The notes: generated by a model from the sequence alone, not told the origin. A stretch of DNA of 29,819 bases from a virus (IMGVR_UViG_3300030012_001538:1-29819), one strand, 5' to 3'. Shown: positions 8,087 to 16,913, counted from the stretch's first letter. Numbers and translations are program-made.

Positions 8087-9090
8087 AATTTTAATTTTGC
8101 TATAATTTTTTCTAAACATTTTACAACGATACTATTTCCAGCTTGTTTGTAAGCTTGGCTATCTGAACACGACCAAGTAAACGTTTCTGGAAAGTCCATT
8201 AGTCTGAAACATTCTCTTGGTGTAAGTCTTCGAATTGTATCTTGTTTTAAAGTTGCTTGGTTACTAATGCATTCTAAAGATTGTGCTATTTGTTTTCCTA
8301 CACGACCACGTCTTGTTTCACTATGTAGCCTTGTAAAGTTTATGCTATCGCCTTCAGTAGCTACTTCGTAACCTTTACTATTAGCACTTTTAATTTTTAT
8401 GCTTTCACTATTATTTGTGTTTAATAGCATTTCATTTACTTTTTTTTCATCTAAAAAATACTTTTTATCTACTTCCTTTTCTAATACGTCTTTAAGCTTT
8501 GTTGTTAAAGGTTCGTCTTTTAGAAATTGAAAAACATTGTCTTTATCGTCTTTAATTCCTACTATAAAAACACGTTCTCTATTTTGTGGAACATTTAAGT
8601 TTTTAGAATTTATAACTTTATAATAGATGTGATAAGGAACTGCATTTTCATCTGCAAATAAAACTGGTAAACCATTGATGCTTTTACCACCTAAAAAATT
8701 CAACCATTCTTGAAAAGTCTTGCCGTTGTCGTGTGATAATAAACCCCTAACATTTTCAAATATAAAAAAGCGTGGTTTGTTCTTTTGTATAAATTCGTGA
8801 CTATTAAAAAATAATATTCCACGTTTATCTTCTTTTCCAAGTCTACTTCCAGCTTGACTAAAAGCTTGACAAGGTGGCGAAGTCATATACAAGTCTAATG
8901 GATCTTGTGGTATTTTCCTTTCGTAAACGTCAGTAGGATAGTAAGATGGTTCGCCATAGTTTTCTATGTATGTTTGTCTTGCATACTTATCCATATCACA
9001 AGCAAATATTGTTTCGTGTTTTATTCCTAACCTAATTAAAGCTTGGTCAAAAGCACCTACACCGCTAAAGTCACTACCTACCTTTATCAT
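8083..9090 (-). CDS. DNA (cytosine-5)-methyltransferase
   Basis: Motif I FSGVG, IV PPCQAFS, VI ENV, VIII QNRER, IX RRLTPRECFRL, X YKQAGNS. Confidence 0.95.
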   Translation of the reverse strand: MIKVGSDFSGVGAFDQALIRLGIKHETIFACDMDKYARQTYIENYGEPSYYPTDVYERKIPQDPLDLYMTSPPCQAFSQAGSRLGKEDKRGILFFNSHEFIQKNKPRFFIFENVRGLLSHDNGKTFQEWLNFLGGKSINGLPVLFADENAVPYHIYYKVINSKNLNVPQNRERVFIVGIKDDKDNVFQFLKDEPLTTKLKDVLEKEVDKKYFLDEKKVNEMLLNTNNSESIKIKSANSKGYEVATEGDSINFTRLHSETRRGRVGKQIAQSLECISNQATLKQDTIRRLTPRECFRLMDFPETFTWSCSDSQAYKQAGNSIVVKCLEKIIAKLKL

Positions 9091-9287
9091 AACTTATCTT
9101 CAATAGCTTTTAAACGTTCTAAAACTTCTTCTATACCATCTTTGTAGATATTAACTAAAGATGCTTTTTTTACCATTTCGCTTAAACCATACTTCGAATA
9201 AACTTCTTCGGTTCTTGATAAGTCTTGTAGCTTACTTATAATACATACAAGTTCCATACTTGCGTCAAATTGTTCTTTACTTTTCAT
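9087..9287 (-). CDS. Hypothetical protein
   Basis: 66 aa ORF coupled to the MTase start. Confidence 0.7.
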   Translation of the reverse strand: MKSKEQFDASMELVCIISKLQDLSRTEEVYSKYGLSEMVKKASLVNIYKDGIEEVLERLKAIEDKL

Positions 9288-9438
9288 TGCTTACTTCTTT
9301 TAAATAGTTCAAATATTTTATGTAGTGATCCGTGTTAAAATTACCTTTTTCGGTTCGTGTTTTTCTATTCCAGTAAAACTCGTATTTATAGATGTTTTTA
9401 AGACTTTCTATGTGGTCTGTCCAATTTATTTTTTTCAT
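9277..9438 (-). CDS. Hypothetical protein (start revised to MKKINW)
   Basis: ATG at 9438, 10 nt after the previous stop. Confidence 0.6.
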   Translation of the reverse strand: MKKINWTDHIESLKNIYKYEFYWNRKTRTEKGNFNTDHYIKYLNYLKEVSNEK

Positions 9439-9448
9439 AATTGTAAAT

Positions 9449-9568
9449 TTAAGTGATGTCGCTAAAATAACCTTTTGCACAATCTTCGCTACAAAAAGCA
9501 CCGTCGTCGGCTAACATTTCGTGGTTGCAATAGTCACAAGTTTTTATTTCTTCTTCTTCTAATTCCAT
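9449..9568 (-). CDS. Small Zn-ribbon protein (39 aa; CDYC...FCSEDC)
   Basis: ATG at 9568 after an A-rich leader; CxxC-x10-FCSxxC (FCS/TRASH-like) motif. Confidence 0.65.
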   Translation of the reverse strand: MELEEEEIKTCDYCNHEMLADDGAFCSEDCAKGYFSDIT

Positions 9569-9581
9569 AATTGTTTGTTTA

Positions 9582-9788
9582 TTATTCGCTAATAGAACTT
9601 TGGAAAATTTGCCCACCCGTGTTTTGTATGTTTTCAATATTTGACTTAATAGTTAATAAGTTTTGTAATTGAATAAACATTGTGCTTTTATCTTCGCACC
9701 ATTCTTGAGTCAAATCAAAGTTTACGTTGTCAATCCATACATCTAACTGTTCTTTAATTTGTGTTAATGTTAATCTTTCTTTTTTCAT
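9582..9788 (-). CDS. Hypothetical protein, first gene of the early operon
   Basis: 68 aa ORF directly downstream of a TAnnTTTG promoter element. Confidence 0.7.
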   Translation of the reverse strand: MKKERLTLTQIKEQLDVWIDNVNFDLTQEWCEDKSTMFIQLQNLLTIKSNIENIQNTGGQIFQSSISE

Positions 9789-9816
9789 TTTCTTGTGTTT
9801 TTTTAATTGTTATACA

Positions 9817-9824
9817 CAAATATA
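9817..9824 (-). promoter_or_regulatory. Host-type early promoter -7 element (TATATTTG)
   Basis: TAnnTTTG 28 nt upstream of the 9788 ATG and downstream of the late-operon terminator. Confidence 0.7.
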
Positions 9825-9890
9825 ACTAAAAAGTTACAAACTATTTACATTTTATTTAAAAAAAGTTTAAAACTATATATTTATACAAAG

Positions 9891-9916
9891 AAAAAAGCCG
9901 CTATTTCTAACGGCTT
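9891..9916 (-). terminator. Intrinsic terminator ending the late operon
   Basis: Minus strand GCCGTTA-GAAA-TAGCGGC followed by TTTTTT (GNRA loop). Confidence 0.85.
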
Positions 9917-9954
9917 CCAATCACAATTATTTGAAAAAATTACTTTGAAGTGTT

Positions 9955-9984
9955 CAAATATACTAAATTATAGGAAACTGGCAA
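9955..9984 (-). promoter_or_regulatory. Possible host-type promoter TTG-N19-TATATTTG
   Basis: TTG at 9984-9982, a 19-nt spacer, then TAnnTTTG at 9962-9955. Fits the Flavobacterium consensus. Confidence 0.45.
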
Positions 9985-10835
9985 CTATCTACTAAAGCAA
10001 ATGTCTTTTTTATTTTATTTATTTGTTTTCTAGAAATATTTATTGATAAAATTCGACCACCTAAAACCTTTGCTGGTGCGCCACGTTCAATATGCCAACC
10101 ACCGTAACCATCTACATACTCATCTTTATACGTTCCAGTTATCATTGAATGTATGTATTTGTGTTTTACTTCGCAAGTATATCCGTTTGAATGTAATACT
10201 TCTTTAGCATCCGTTCTTGCACTATTTTCGTGTATATGTCCCATTGTAAAAATGTCGGCTTCGTAGTTAGTTAATGCTCTTGTCAAGTTAATAGCACCTT
10301 TAGTTACTACACCACCACCACCATTACCGTGAAAATACTTTAAACGTAAGCTTTTTTTATTATTCTTAAAATTAAAATAAAACCACAACCAACCACCATA
10401 GCCACCAGTAAGCACATTTGATCCACATTTATAGTTTAATATATCTACAAACCTTTGTAAAACATCCGTTTCTTGGTGCTTAATTATAGCTGTTTCGTGG
10501 TTGCCATATGATATTACTTTAATAATACTTGCATACGGTGTAAACCATTCTACTGCCGTATTTACTATACTATCAAAATAATTATTAAATGCGTGTTCTG
10601 GTCGTACATCACTTTTGTTCCCTCGTCTATCGCCTTTGCCTTGCATTAAGCAAAACATATCACCATTAATAAAAACGGGTATATTATGCTCTAAACAATA
10701 GTCTAAATGGCTTTTAAGAAGTTCACGGTTACATTTGGGGTTATCCCAATGTAAATCGCTTAAAACGGCTAATTTAAAGTTTTTATTATCAAAAGTAAAT
10801 TTAATGATGTTTCTCGTAATTCTTTCAGTCTTCAT
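9963..10835 (-). CDS. Calcineurin-like metallophosphoesterase
   Basis: SDLH, NGD, GNHE, HG and GHIH metal-binding motifs in canonical order. Confidence 0.88.
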   Translation of the reverse strand: MKTERITRNIIKFTFDNKNFKLAVLSDLHWDNPKCNRELLKSHLDYCLEHNIPVFINGDMFCLMQGKGDRRGNKSDVRPEHAFNNYFDSIVNTAVEWFTPYASIIKVISYGNHETAIIKHQETDVLQRFVDILNYKCGSNVLTGGYGGWLWFYFNFKNNKKSLRLKYFHGNGGGGVVTKGAINLTRALTNYEADIFTMGHIHENSARTDAKEVLHSNGYTCEVKHKYIHSMITGTYKDEYVDGYGGWHIERGAPAKVLGGRILSINISRKQINKIKKTFALVDSCQFPII

Positions 10836-11170
10836 TATTTCTTTGCTGCTCGTTCTGCTCGTCTTTTAGCACGTCTTGCTTTACCATTTAAACACCAAGC
10901 TACAAACCTACCTAAAAGGTTGTATTTGCTTTTAACATCGATTGTTGTTCCGTGTTCGTCTTTTTTTATTTCAAAGTCTAAAACATCGCTTTCAGTATCA
11001 AACTTAAAAACTGAAATGTTGCCATCTTTGGTAAATTTTACGTCTACTTTATCCGTGTCAATTTCAAGATAAGTTTTTCCGTTTTTCTTATCTCTTTTAA
11101 ATTTTACATCAAAATTCTTCGTGTCGATATTTATATCTAACGGTTTTTTTGCGTTTTTCATATTATACAT
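10835..11170 (-). CDS. Hypothetical protein with repeated beta-strand units (xDTxxxDVxF)
   Basis: IDTKNFDVKF / IDTDKVDVKF / FDTESDVLDF repeats and a basic C-terminus. Confidence 0.7.
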   Translation of the reverse strand: MYNMKNAKKPLDINIDTKNFDVKFKRDKKNGKTYLEIDTDKVDVKFTKDGNISVFKFDTESDVLDFEIKKDEHGTTIDVKSKYNLLGRFVAWCLNGKARRAKRRAERAAKK

Positions 11171-11180
11171 AATTTACATT

Positions 11181-11765
11181 TTAAAATTCATTTATTAAGC
11201 AATAGCTAAAATAGCTTTGTTTTGCTTCTTTAAATAGTTTTATTACTTCACGATAAACAAGGTTGTCTGAAGCCACTTGGCAACCAGCACTCCAATAGTC
11301 AATTTCTTCTCGTTTAATATCTGCACCTTTTCGATAAGTTGATCCGTGAAAGTTTAAACCAATTTTACCCGTGTAAAGCTTTCCTATTTCTTCGCTTTTA
11401 CCGTTTAAATTTCCATCACGATAATAAGGCATATCTTTAGCTTGTCTTAATGCTTCCATCTTGCCACGATGTAAACCAAACTTCCAACAGTCATAGTGCC
11501 AATAGTCAGATTTAAGAACGGCAACACCTTCTTTATTATATTTTTTAAAGCCACCTTCTAAATAAACTTTACCTGGATTTGTAGTTGCTCTTAAAACTGC
11601 GTGGAACATACTACCAAAGTAAACATATATCTTGTCATCAAAAACGTTTGTAATGTCTTCTTTTGACCTTACACCAAGCATCCAATACTCGTTAGGTATG
11701 CCTTTAAAGTTTTCTATTTCTTGTACTTTGTCAAGTAGTTCTTTATCCGTGTATTTCCTTACCAT
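11181..11765 (-). CDS. Putative endolysin with a YkuD/L,D-transpeptidase-like catalytic motif
   Basis: IGLNFHGS-x13-WSAGCQV resembles the YkuD H...SxGC dyad. It lies directly downstream of small membrane proteins. Confidence 0.55.
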   Translation of the reverse strand: MVRKYTDKELLDKVQEIENFKGIPNEYWMLGVRSKEDITNVFDDKIYVYFGSMFHAVLRATTNPGKVYLEGGFKKYNKEGVAVLKSDYWHYDCWKFGLHRGKMEALRQAKDMPYYRDGNLNGKSEEIGKLYTGKIGLNFHGSTYRKGADIKREEIDYWSAGCQVASDNLVYREVIKLFKEAKQSYFSYCLINEF

Positions 11766-11943
11766 TTTCTTCTAATTTGTCATAAATTATCTTTTCAGTA
11801 ATACTTAAAGATTCATACGTATATACTTTATTGTTTAGTGCTTCTTCTTCGGTTTTATATGCTTCGTGTTTATGTCCTAACCTTGATTCGGTTATTAATC
11901 TATTTAACCAAGTTCGACCAGTTTCCATTTTTACTTTCGCCAT
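11743..11943 (-). CDS. Hypothetical protein (lysis region)
   Basis: 66 aa ORF overlapping both neighbours. Confidence 0.6.
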   Translation of the reverse strand: MAKVKMETGRTWLNRLITESRLGHKHEAYKTEEEALNNKVYTYESLSITEKIIYDKLEENGKEIHG

Positions 11944-12176
11944 TGATGTTTGCGAATCCTCTTTAGTTTCGTGTTTTCGTTTTTTAGTACTCTATTTTCT
12001 ATTCTTAAAGCGTCTATTAAACTATCGTTAACGTGCCGAAGTGAATCTATACATATTTCTGCATCTTGCGTTATATGGCTTTGTTTAGGTTTTTTAATTT
12101 CTTTTCTTACTGTTGGTTCAAAAAAAGTACCAAATAAACTTATGATTGCAGCTATAATTATGTATTTATTTTCCAT
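11931..12176 (-). CDS. N-anchored membrane protein with coiled coil (spanin-like candidate)
   Basis: Hydrophobic YIIIAAIISLFGTFF followed by a coiled coil; lysis cassette position. Confidence 0.55.
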   Translation of the reverse strand: MENKYIIIAAIISLFGTFFEPTVRKEIKKPKQSHITQDAEICIDSLRHVNDSLIDALRIENRVLKNENTKLKRIRKHQWRK

Positions 12177-12450
12177 CGTTATTTAATTTGTCTTCAAGCT
12201 TATGCTTTCTTTGGTTTTCAAAAACTAAATCTTGAAGTAGTAATTTGTCGTGTTTTCGTTCCTCATCGCATTCCTTTAATTGTTCTTTTTGTGTTTTTAT
12301 TTCCGTTTCTTTAGAGTCAAGTAAATACCTACCCAACCAACATAATAATATTATAGCGAAAAAAAATATAACGCTAAATGGTGATTTTAAAAATTCTCTA
12401 AAACCTATATTAAAAATTTTCTCCTTCATCGTTTCTATAAAGTCCAACAA
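12166..12450 (-). CDS. Single-TM membrane protein with coiled coil (holin/i-spanin candidate; start may be MKEKIF at 12429)
   Basis: TM segment FSVIFFFAIILLCWLG followed by a charged coiled coil. Confidence 0.55.
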   Translation of the reverse strand: MLDFIETMKEKIFNIGFREFLKSPFSVIFFFAIILLCWLGRYLLDSKETEIKTQKEQLKECDEERKHDKLLLQDLVFENQRKHKLEDKLNNDGK

Positions 12451-12601
12451 CTAATTGTAGTAAAGTATAACTTATTAACAAAACACCACCAAAAAAAGAT
12501 GGCAAACTTTCTTGACCATCTGCTATTAAAGCCAAACCAGTTGCTAAACTGCAAATAAATACAATAGCACCTAAAAACCGTATGTGGCTACTATTCTGCA
12601 T
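12410..12601 (-). CDS. Two-TM small membrane protein (holin candidate)
   Basis: Two hydrophobic stretches of about 20 aa in 63 aa. Confidence 0.55.
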   Translation of the reverse strand: MQNSSHIRFLGAIVFICSLATGLALIADGQESLPSFFGGVLLISYTLLQLVVGLYRNDEGENF

Positions 12602-12851
12602 CTACTTCTATTGGTTTACTCCATTCATCCGTAGCCATTAATTCTAAAGCTTGTTCGTGATTTAAGCATTCTATTGGTACAATAGTTTCATCGTATATAA
12701 AATTAGGTTCTACATTCCATTTTAAAACAAACTTCGTAAGATCCAAACTTTTGCGAATTGTGTCCGCAGATGTTTCGCCTACTTGTCCAAAGTCAACCTT
12801 TGGCAAATCGTCAATGCTTATTATAGCGTAAGTTAAATTATTTTTTTCCAT
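12591..12851 (-). CDS. Hypothetical protein (possible fibre/RBP chaperone)
   Basis: 86 aa acidic ORF immediately downstream of the LamG protein. Confidence 0.65.
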   Translation of the reverse strand: MEKNNLTYAIISIDDLPKVDFGQVGETSADTIRKSLDLTKFVLKWNVEPNFIYDETIVPIECLNHEQALELMATDEWSKPIEVDAE

Positions 12852-12862
12852 TTTTTTAATTA

Positions 12863-13696
12863 TTAAGGTGTGTCGGTTACTATATCACCGCTTGCCATAT
12901 TTGTCATCGTTCCGTTGTTTCCTCCACTTCCGTTATCCGTCAAGGTTGGGAACGTGTCGCCATCTCCCATACGATACCAAGCTAAAGGTGAATAGCTTGT
13001 TAAATCCGTAGGTGTTCCACTATTGTAAATTGCAGCAACATCACTTGCAGATAATTCTGAATTAAATACGCCAACTTCGTCAACATTTCCACTAAAAAAA
13101 GCAGTTGCTTGGTTTCTTGAACTAATACAAAAAGGAAAGCTATTGGTCATATCACTATTTAAAGTTCCAGTTGTTGAGCCATTATCTAAAGAGCCATCTA
13201 AATACAAATTTATCCCTGTTGGACTTGCAGAACCATCATAAGTAAATACAATATGATGCCAATTTGTATCTGCAATAGTGCTTGAAGAATTACGTATAAA
13301 TCTTTGAAAAGCTGGATTGCTATTTCTAAACATAACTCTATAAGTGTTGCCTGATAATAAAGCTAATTCATATCCTTTAAATGGACTTGCATTGTCTATT
13401 TTTCCTAAAATTACTTGTTCAGAGCCTAAAGCATCTCTTTTAATCCAACAGCTAATACTAAAAGAGTCAGTTTTAGAAAAGTCTAAAACATTTCCCATTG
13501 TAATATGGTCATCTACACCGTCAAAGTCAACCGATTTTGTATTTGAAAAACTTGGAGTTGCAACTTCTAAAAGAGTATCGCCACTTGCACTTGTTTCGTA
13601 AATTTTACCCCAATTATTGGTTGCGTTGTCTTTACCTTTTCCCCATTCTATCGTGTTGTTTTCAACACCTTGTCCCCATCCGTTAGTTACTGCCAT
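12863..13696 (-). CDS. LamG/concanavalin-A-like lectin-domain virion protein (receptor-binding candidate)
   Basis: FDGVDD, FSISCWIK, WHHIVFTYDG, LYLDG and FSGNVDEVGVFNSELS LamG motifs. Confidence 0.85.
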   Translation of the reverse strand: MAVTNGWGQGVENNTIEWGKGKDNATNNWGKIYETSASGDTLLEVATPSFSNTKSVDFDGVDDHITMGNVLDFSKTDSFSISCWIKRDALGSEQVILGKIDNASPFKGYELALLSGNTYRVMFRNSNPAFQRFIRNSSSTIADTNWHHIVFTYDGSASPTGINLYLDGSLDNGSTTGTLNSDMTNSFPFCISSRNQATAFFSGNVDEVGVFNSELSASDVAAIYNSGTPTDLTSYSPLAWYRMGDGDTFPTLTDNGSGGNNGTMTNMASGDIVTDTP

Positions 13697-13706
13697 TTTA
13701 ATTTTT

Positions 13707-14147
13707 TTAAGTTGTTATATCACCGTGTAAATACCATTCATCCGTAGCACGTTTTATTAAAGTTGCTACACCGTATTGTGCTGCAATTTTAGTTTTACCA
13801 CCACTTGAACGTAACGTAGCACCAACGGCAGCGGCTACCCTTAACTGTCCAGCACCTATTTGTGCTAAAGTAATTTGTGTTCCAATAGGAAAAGCCACAC
13901 CACTATTTGTTGGTATTGTAAAAGTTTTGGTTGCTGCGTTGTTTAATTCAACAAGCTTATTTGCATCGGTTAATACAAAAGTGTAAGTATCGGTTTGTGT
14001 GTTTACGGTTAAGCTTTTAAGTTCTGCTCCTGTAATATACTTTGAGTCGTACCCACCAGAGCCATCAGATTTACTTATAATTAATAAATCGGTTTCTTCT
14101 AAATTACTACCTTTCGCAGTTAATTGACTTATCTTCTTTTCTGCCAT
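13707..14147 (-). CDS. Tail fibre/spike-associated structural protein
   Basis: N-terminal KKISQL, YTFVLTDA..L, TIP...AFPIGTQI and terminal WYLHGD, a pattern common in phage fibre modules. Confidence 0.6.
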   Translation of the reverse strand: MAEKKISQLTAKGSNLEETDLLIISKSDGSGGYDSKYITGAELKSLTVNTQTDTYTFVLTDANKLVELNNAATKTFTIPTNSGVAFPIGTQITLAQIGAGQLRVAAAVGATLRSSGGKTKIAAQYGVATLIKRATDEWYLHGDITT

Positions 14148-14217
14148 TTTGTTTTAAGTATTTTTTTAACCTTAATATATTTATTTTCTTTGGTTTGCTT
14201 ATTCGTGTTTTTTTCAT
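14107..14217 (-). CDS. Small basic protein (36 aa), not in the ORF track
   Basis: MKKTRISKPKKINILRLKKYLKQNGRKEDKSINCER*. The ATG is coupled (ATGA) to the stop at 14214 and the ORF fills the gap. Confidence 0.5.
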   Translation of the reverse strand: MKKTRISKPKKINILRLKKYLKQNGRKEDKSINCER

Positions 14218-14714
14218 ATATACCAATTAGTAAAATTAACGTCAGAACTTGGTGAAACATCTGCACCCGTGTTTGAAGTATATTCGGGGAACAAATTACT
14301 ATTATTACATAAATAATCTACGCATCTTGTTGCATAGTGTTCAGCTATTTTGCGTTCTGCTGCTATAAGCTTTTCTAATTCGTCTTGGTCTACAACCGTA
14401 CTATTTTCAGCACTATGTTTATAGATGCCATTGTTTGAAATAGTTACACCACTAAATGGTAAATATTCAACCATACTATAATGCACTAACATCGGTTTAA
14501 CATAGGTTTCTACAAGCGTTTGATAATTACCCGTCAAACTACTTCCAGCAATGTCGGCTTTTACCTTTTCAAGTAAGTCCGTACCAAGATAATTTAGAAC
14601 GTGAATTTGTTGTGCTATATAAATAAATTGTATAAACTTATCAATGTCTATATTGCCGTTTAAAGCAGTAAAGCGTGTGATGTCGTTTCGTGATATTAAA
14701 AGAACGTTTGCCAT
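14214..14714 (-). CDS. Putative head-tail adaptor/connector
   Basis: 166 aa helical protein directly after the portal; positional inference. Confidence 0.55.
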   Translation of the reverse strand: MANVLLISRNDITRFTALNGNIDIDKFIQFIYIAQQIHVLNYLGTDLLEKVKADIAGSSLTGNYQTLVETYVKPMLVHYSMVEYLPFSGVTISNNGIYKHSAENSTVVDQDELEKLIAAERKIAEHYATRCVDYLCNNSNLFPEYTSNTGADVSPSSDVNFTNWYI

Positions 14715-14715
14715 T

Positions 14716-16524
14716 TTAGTTTTCGTTTACTGGTGTTGTAAAATTTTTAGGTTCTAAAAAACCTCTATTTTTCATTTCTCTTGTCCTTTGTGCTACTTTT
14801 TTATCGTTTTTTAAAACTCCTTTTTTAGGGTCATAACCATATTTTTTAATTCGTCTTTGTGCTATTGGTTTAACTCGTGGATCATTAATATTTAAACCAG
14901 CATCTTCAAATTGTGCATACACTTCACGATTCCAACGATGTCTGCAAGAACCACCACCTTTGTAGAACCAAACCGAATATGTATTTGCACCTTTAGCACC
15001 CCAACCTTCATTTACTGGTGTTGTTTCCATTCGTATAATATCTTCTTTACGATAAATCTTATTTCGTCTTATCATTTCACGGCAAAATGGTCTTGTATTT
15101 TTTTGCACGGTACCAGCGTAACGATAACGTGTAAAGAATTTAATACCATCTACGGTTATATCTTGTTCACTTTTTGCGTTAGGAAAAGCCATACCACTTG
15201 AAACAAATTCGTAAGCTTTAGAAAGTAGGTTTTTTGGTTTGTTTGCTCTTTCTATTGCCAAGTCAAGTTCTTCTTCGTTGTCATAGTCTACTTCGCTTTC
15301 GTCTACTAATAACCAATTGTCGGGTACATCTTCGCCAAATTCAGCTAATTTTTCAACAAGTTCTAAATCGCTTTTTTCTTGGTCTTTACTAAAACTATAA
15401 CCAGTTTCTTCTTCTTCTTGTTCTTCGTCTTTATAACCATCTAAATCTTTAAATTCTAAAGGTTGTAAGGTTCTAAAATAAAGCTTTAGTGATATACCGT
15501 TAAAAGCAAGTATTTTATCAATAGCATCTATTATAACGTGTTGTATTGGCTTAATAACCATATTTTCAAATAGTATAGAACTATTTTTTAATTCGTCAGC
15601 GTTAGAACTAAAGCCATTTGCGTTTGCAATACCAAATAAAAGTGGTGAAGTTACGTTATGACCAAGCATTATTTTACGCATACATTCTTCACTTAAATAA
15701 GTGTAGTGGTCTGGTGCGTCATTTAGTTGTATATCGTCTATTGTAGTCTTGCTTGTTTCGTCAGCATTAAACGCAACGATAACTTTTTGCCCTTGTGATC
15801 CAGTAAGCTTTGACATTACCTTATTAGAAATTATACTTTGTTGTTCTTCGGTAGGTATTCCGTTGTTAAAGTTAACGACCTTTGTGCCACTAAAACCGTT
15901 TTGTACTTCGTTTATTAGGTAGTCGGCTATTTCTTCTTCTAAAACTGCATAGCTAATAGCACCTTGATAGTCAACACAACCAAAATACTTCATTCCTACC
16001 GTGTAGTTCTTAAAACATAATACTTCTACTTTTTCTCGTGAAGTGTTAAAAGCTGGTATTCGCTTTGGTGGAAACTTTTTCGTGTCCTTCCAATTATCTG
16101 AATAGTAATATCCGTTTATTTTTCCGTGTTCGTCACATTTTTCGGGTGCAATTAATTGTATAGGCATATGGTAAACCTTAACAATTTTTTTATGATCCTT
16201 AGAATAGTGTACTTGAAACGCTGCTTGACCAAGCATTTTAAAGTCAAGAATAACCTTTTTTAGTTCGTCAGCATCCAACAACATAACCATTTGTGCGTAT
16301 TCGTTTGCTTTCTTGGAAGCATCAATAGCATTTAACCCTTTGCCATAAACAAACTTGCTTATATTGTTTATTATAGCGTTGTTTGTCGCACTATTTTTGT
16401 ACCTATCTATTAAGAAGTCGTAGTAGTCATTATTATCGCCATAAGTAACATATTTGTTCTTATTGTTTTCTACTACTTCGGGTGCTTCGTAAGCTGCTAA
16501 ATTTAAAACGTGTAAATTACTCAT
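14716..16524 (-). CDS. Portal protein with a C-terminal MuF/head-morphogenesis-like extension
   Basis: About 360 aa portal-like core (Y..SATNNAIIN, NGF.G..VV.FNNG, KIMLGHNVTSPLLFGI), an acidic linker, then an RPFC...YKGGGSCRHRW domain. Confidence 0.8.
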   Translation of the reverse strand: MSNLHVLNLAAYEAPEVVENNKNKYVTYGDNNDYYDFLIDRYKNSATNNAIINNISKFVYGKGLNAIDASKKANEYAQMVMLLDADELKKVILDFKMLGQAAFQVHYSKDHKKIVKVYHMPIQLIAPEKCDEHGKINGYYYSDNWKDTKKFPPKRIPAFNTSREKVEVLCFKNYTVGMKYFGCVDYQGAISYAVLEEEIADYLINEVQNGFSGTKVVNFNNGIPTEEQQSIISNKVMSKLTGSQGQKVIVAFNADETSKTTIDDIQLNDAPDHYTYLSEECMRKIMLGHNVTSPLLFGIANANGFSSNADELKNSSILFENMVIKPIQHVIIDAIDKILAFNGISLKLYFRTLQPLEFKDLDGYKDEEQEEEETGYSFSKDQEKSDLELVEKLAEFGEDVPDNWLLVDESEVDYDNEEELDLAIERANKPKNLLSKAYEFVSSGMAFPNAKSEQDITVDGIKFFTRYRYAGTVQKNTRPFCREMIRRNKIYRKEDIIRMETTPVNEGWGAKGANTYSVWFYKGGGSCRHRWNREVYAQFEDAGLNINDPRVKPIAQRRIKKYGYDPKKGVLKNDKKVAQRTREMKNRGFLEPKNFTTPVNEN

Positions 16525-16849
16525 ACATTAAAAAATCGTTAGTTGTCGTGTGTTGCGTATATACATTGTGATTTACGCTATATGAACTAACCGTTTGGTC
16601 AGTACAAAATATTTTACCTTTAAATACTACACTTGTGCCATTACGTACTTCTAAAGTGTAAAAACGACCTTCCTTTAAAGTATAACTTGCCGTTATAGTT
16701 TCATAGTAGTCATTAGATGCTGAAGAAGATATAGTTATTTGGCTTTCTACATTCGTGCTTTCATCGGTTATATATAAACCATCGTAAGTTTTAGAACGTG
16801 GTATAAACTTAAAAGTTTGTGCAGAAGTTGATGTTGTTAAGATAACCAT
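16517..16849 (-). CDS. Hypothetical structural protein (beta-rich)
   Basis: 110 aa, Thr/Ser-rich; first gene after a late promoter. Confidence 0.7.
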   Translation of the reverse strand: MVILTTSTSAQTFKFIPRSKTYDGLYITDESTNVESQITISSSASNDYYETITASYTLKEGRFYTLEVRNGTSVVFKGKIFCTDQTVSSYSVNHNVYTQHTTTNDFLMYE

Positions 16850-16852
16850 ACT

Positions 16853-16878
16853 TATATAACTAATTTTCGTGTTTTTGT
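16853..16878 (-). promoter_or_regulatory. Phage late promoter ACAA-N12-TAGTTATATA-N3-ATG
   Basis: The 10-mer is at 16853-16862, exactly 3 nt before the ATG at 16849; ACAA is at 16875-16878. Confidence 0.75.
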
Positions 16879-16885
16879 TTCTAAT

Positions 16886-16913
16886 AAAAAAAAGGGCTTA
16901 CCGAAATAAGCCC
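16886..16913 (-). terminator. Intrinsic terminator after the tail tube gene
   Basis: GGGCTTA-TTTCGG-TAAGCCC followed by T8. Confidence 0.85.

Noticed and set aside
11743-12450. Canonical Rz/Rz1 spanin pair
   Set aside because: No lipobox-bearing o-spanin ORF could be identified, so the spanin assignment is only tentative.
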